Below are positions 63,501 through 64,000 of a DNA stretch of 64,000 bases, in pieces. The first letter of the stretch is position 1. Each line of letters opens with the position of its first letter. The stretch comes from an uncultured Smithella sp. GTDB lineage: Bacteria > Desulfobacterota > Syntrophia > Syntrophales > Smithellaceae. The position numbers were made by a program, and so were the translations under genes. The notes beneath the pieces are model-generated. The model was not told the DNA's origin, ran no database searches, and saw only the letters and a program-made list of their open reading frames with translations. Location of the stretch: positions 498 to 64,497 of the forward strand of contig CAYMYR010000007.1 of assembly GCA_964394715.1 (NCBI GenBank), given 5' to 3'.

Positions 63501-63910
63501 TGAAGGGAAGTTTCAACGGCCACATGGATACCATCTCTTCTTAAGGGTTCCAGCAAAGATATCAGGGTGTCCGGGTCCTGTAATAGAGGATCGCCACCGC
63601 TCAGGGTTACCCCGCCGTTGGTCTGGCGGTAATAATCTTTGTCTCTGGAAACAAGTTCGATGATGTCGGGAATCGAATAATTTTCGTCAGGCACCGGGTC
63701 CGGATGGAAGGACAGCGCTTCCGGATTCTGGCACCACAGGCATCTCAATCTGCATCCCCGGAAAAAAATCGTTGTGCGGATGCCGGGGCCGTCATGAACG
63801 CAGGTACGCTGTATCTTCAGGACGTTCATCCCATCCGTGTGCAAGTTTTGGCGCTTATAAGATGAATCGTCCTGTAGTCTCAAAAGCTGATGGTTCTGAG
63901 CGGTTTCCAT
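60572..63910 (-). CDS. Fusion protein: radical-SAM GRE-activase domain (N-terminal) + PFL2-type glycyl radical enzyme (C-terminal)
   Basis: Uninterrupted 1112-codon ORF. The first ~280 aa carry VHDGPGIRTT, CRLRCLWC (CX3CX2C) and GGVTLSGGDP. The remainder parallels the GRE at 2183..4585 (IIYPRELLVGNF, Cys loop IGCVEP, C-terminal LVRVAGYCSYFNDL). An alternative start is ATG 63829. Neither start has a strong SD. Confidence 0.85.
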   Translation of the reverse strand: METAQNHQLLRLQDDSSYKRQNLHTDGMNVLKIQRTCVHDGPGIRTTIFFRGCRLRCLWCQNPEALSFHPDPVPDENYSIPDIIELVSRDKDYYRQTNGGVTLSGGDPLLQDPDTLISLLEPLRRDGIHVAVETSLHVPWENIEKLAPCIDLFLVDLKVVGDETLHKKYTGQDSRIILDNIGKLIALNAGIKFRMLIVPGYNDDESRVAAAADFLKSVRHDTIELLKYHCMYEEKARRLGLTSKPLNITDAQSLAAVKKAVLLFQSFGIKAECYDLDTPGHKAAFSRRVYDIQNAIRESGRSLCFEVSRLKTDYYRKHGFKKPTPIHRAERLSYVLKNKSVIIYPRELLVGNFTAKRCGGQIWEEHYGVLFASILHQIHRQKPVPFKCSWRERLDFFFRTLPFWLKHSLLMKVNNTIPKFMLTMARSSENVAGFNNNTAAIAHFTVNFERMLELGTTGIIREIQSAQKEKPGNARDFYEGAILALQGLEAFAARYAESLSSLHLREADPERRKELEGMAAICRHVPKYPARTYHEALQSMLFLQIAICTESYENAISHGRLDQVLYPYYKRDKEAGILDYDKAKELLALYILKMDEAILVNDGDTYLRIGRLFETMSTDQAVTAGGLGRDGRDATNDVTYMLLDICELQPYACNMTARIHKDSPIQYLDRLAEVYINGAPMPALYNDEIYLETLKKHYPSAPVEDARNYAVIGCVEPNVSDDHFGNTDCANVNVALPFLQALKGEEEDLWNIGFTDQLEKMTTKFFEYNCRRDNPFSRYVLTKYMHARNRFKKKRTATPRPPANMEELLRRFQVRLNHLTSSILADHQNIEKVIRENFTTPLSSSLFKGCIESGRDLCEGGATINSSGIQAVGITDVADSLFAIDEVVYRKKLYSIHDVIDAVNKNFEGEYFQKVRSALLEVPKFGHDGSHQATEWVNKTLQIYVSALNSVANCPRGGIYTAGYYALNVNDVYGKKTPALPSGRLGGVSLANSITPHYGMQTTDLLSSLNAVAGVDFANYAPNGTTVTFTVDSALFQGRDGIRNLSGIIRAYFDKGGMQFQPNVINRQILLDAYDHPGKYPHLLVRVAGYCSYFNDLSDDLKKIIINRTCYG

Positions 63911-64000
63911 TTTTCAGATCCATGAATAGGATTGAATCTGTAAACCGGGGGTTGGTCCGGTTTCCTGCCAGGCTGGGCGGTTAAGAAAAGGTTAGCCGAC

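Noticed and set aside
1-64000. Scan for CRISPR repeats, tRNA/rRNA genes, transposases, integrases, phage or defence-system genes
   Set aside because: No regularly spaced repeats, cloverleaf-like or rRNA-like segments, and no ORF with transposase, integrase or nuclease hallmarks were seen. Small RNAs cannot be excluded by eye.

Overview
64-kb chromosomal segment with the gene content of an anaerobic, sulfite/sulfate-reducing Desulfobacterota-type (deltaproteobacterial) genome. I call about 50 protein genes and see no rRNA, tRNA, CRISPR array, transposase or integrase. Starts were refined by hand from Shine-Dalgarno spacing, so several differ from the ORF track. (1) 1-17.3 kb is an anaerobic catabolic island. 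It holds an orphan glycyl radical enzyme (GRE) with its activase and an AraC regulator, flanked by an acetoacetate-decarboxylase-like/acyl-CoA dehydrogenase pair. A seven-gene CoA-ester operon is transcribed divergently from it. (2) 17.8-26.2 kb holds a TetR/FAD-oxidoreductase/FNR-2Fe2S module, small secreted and membrane proteins, a pseudouridine synthase and a GNAT-ADP-forming acetyl-CoA synthetase fusion. (3) 27.0-47.3 kb is a single co-directional minus-strand array. It runs dsrA-B-D-N-C, an extra dsrMK-like pair, then dsrMKJOP. These are followed directly by acetate kinase, a sulfoacetaldehyde-acetyltransferase-like (Xsc-like) TPP enzyme, an SDR, a second TPP enzyme, an MFS transporter and a Zn-ADH, with a TetR gene at the end. 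I read this as a sulfonate-desulfonation module physically coupled to dissimilatory sulfite reduction. (4) 47.8-51.5 kb holds miscellaneous accessory enzymes. (5) 51.5-60.5 kb is a TetR-controlled yhiI/rbbA/yhhJ-type ABC efflux system. Its TolC-like outer-membrane factor carries a roughly 475-aa SPOR-like plus disordered N-terminal extension. (6) 60.6-63.9 kb is one 1112-codon ORF fusing a radical-SAM activase to a full GRE. The most unusual items are the activase-GRE fusion, the xsc/ackA-dsr coupling and the SPOR-TolC fusion. All family calls rest on motifs read by eye and on memory of the families; no searches were run.
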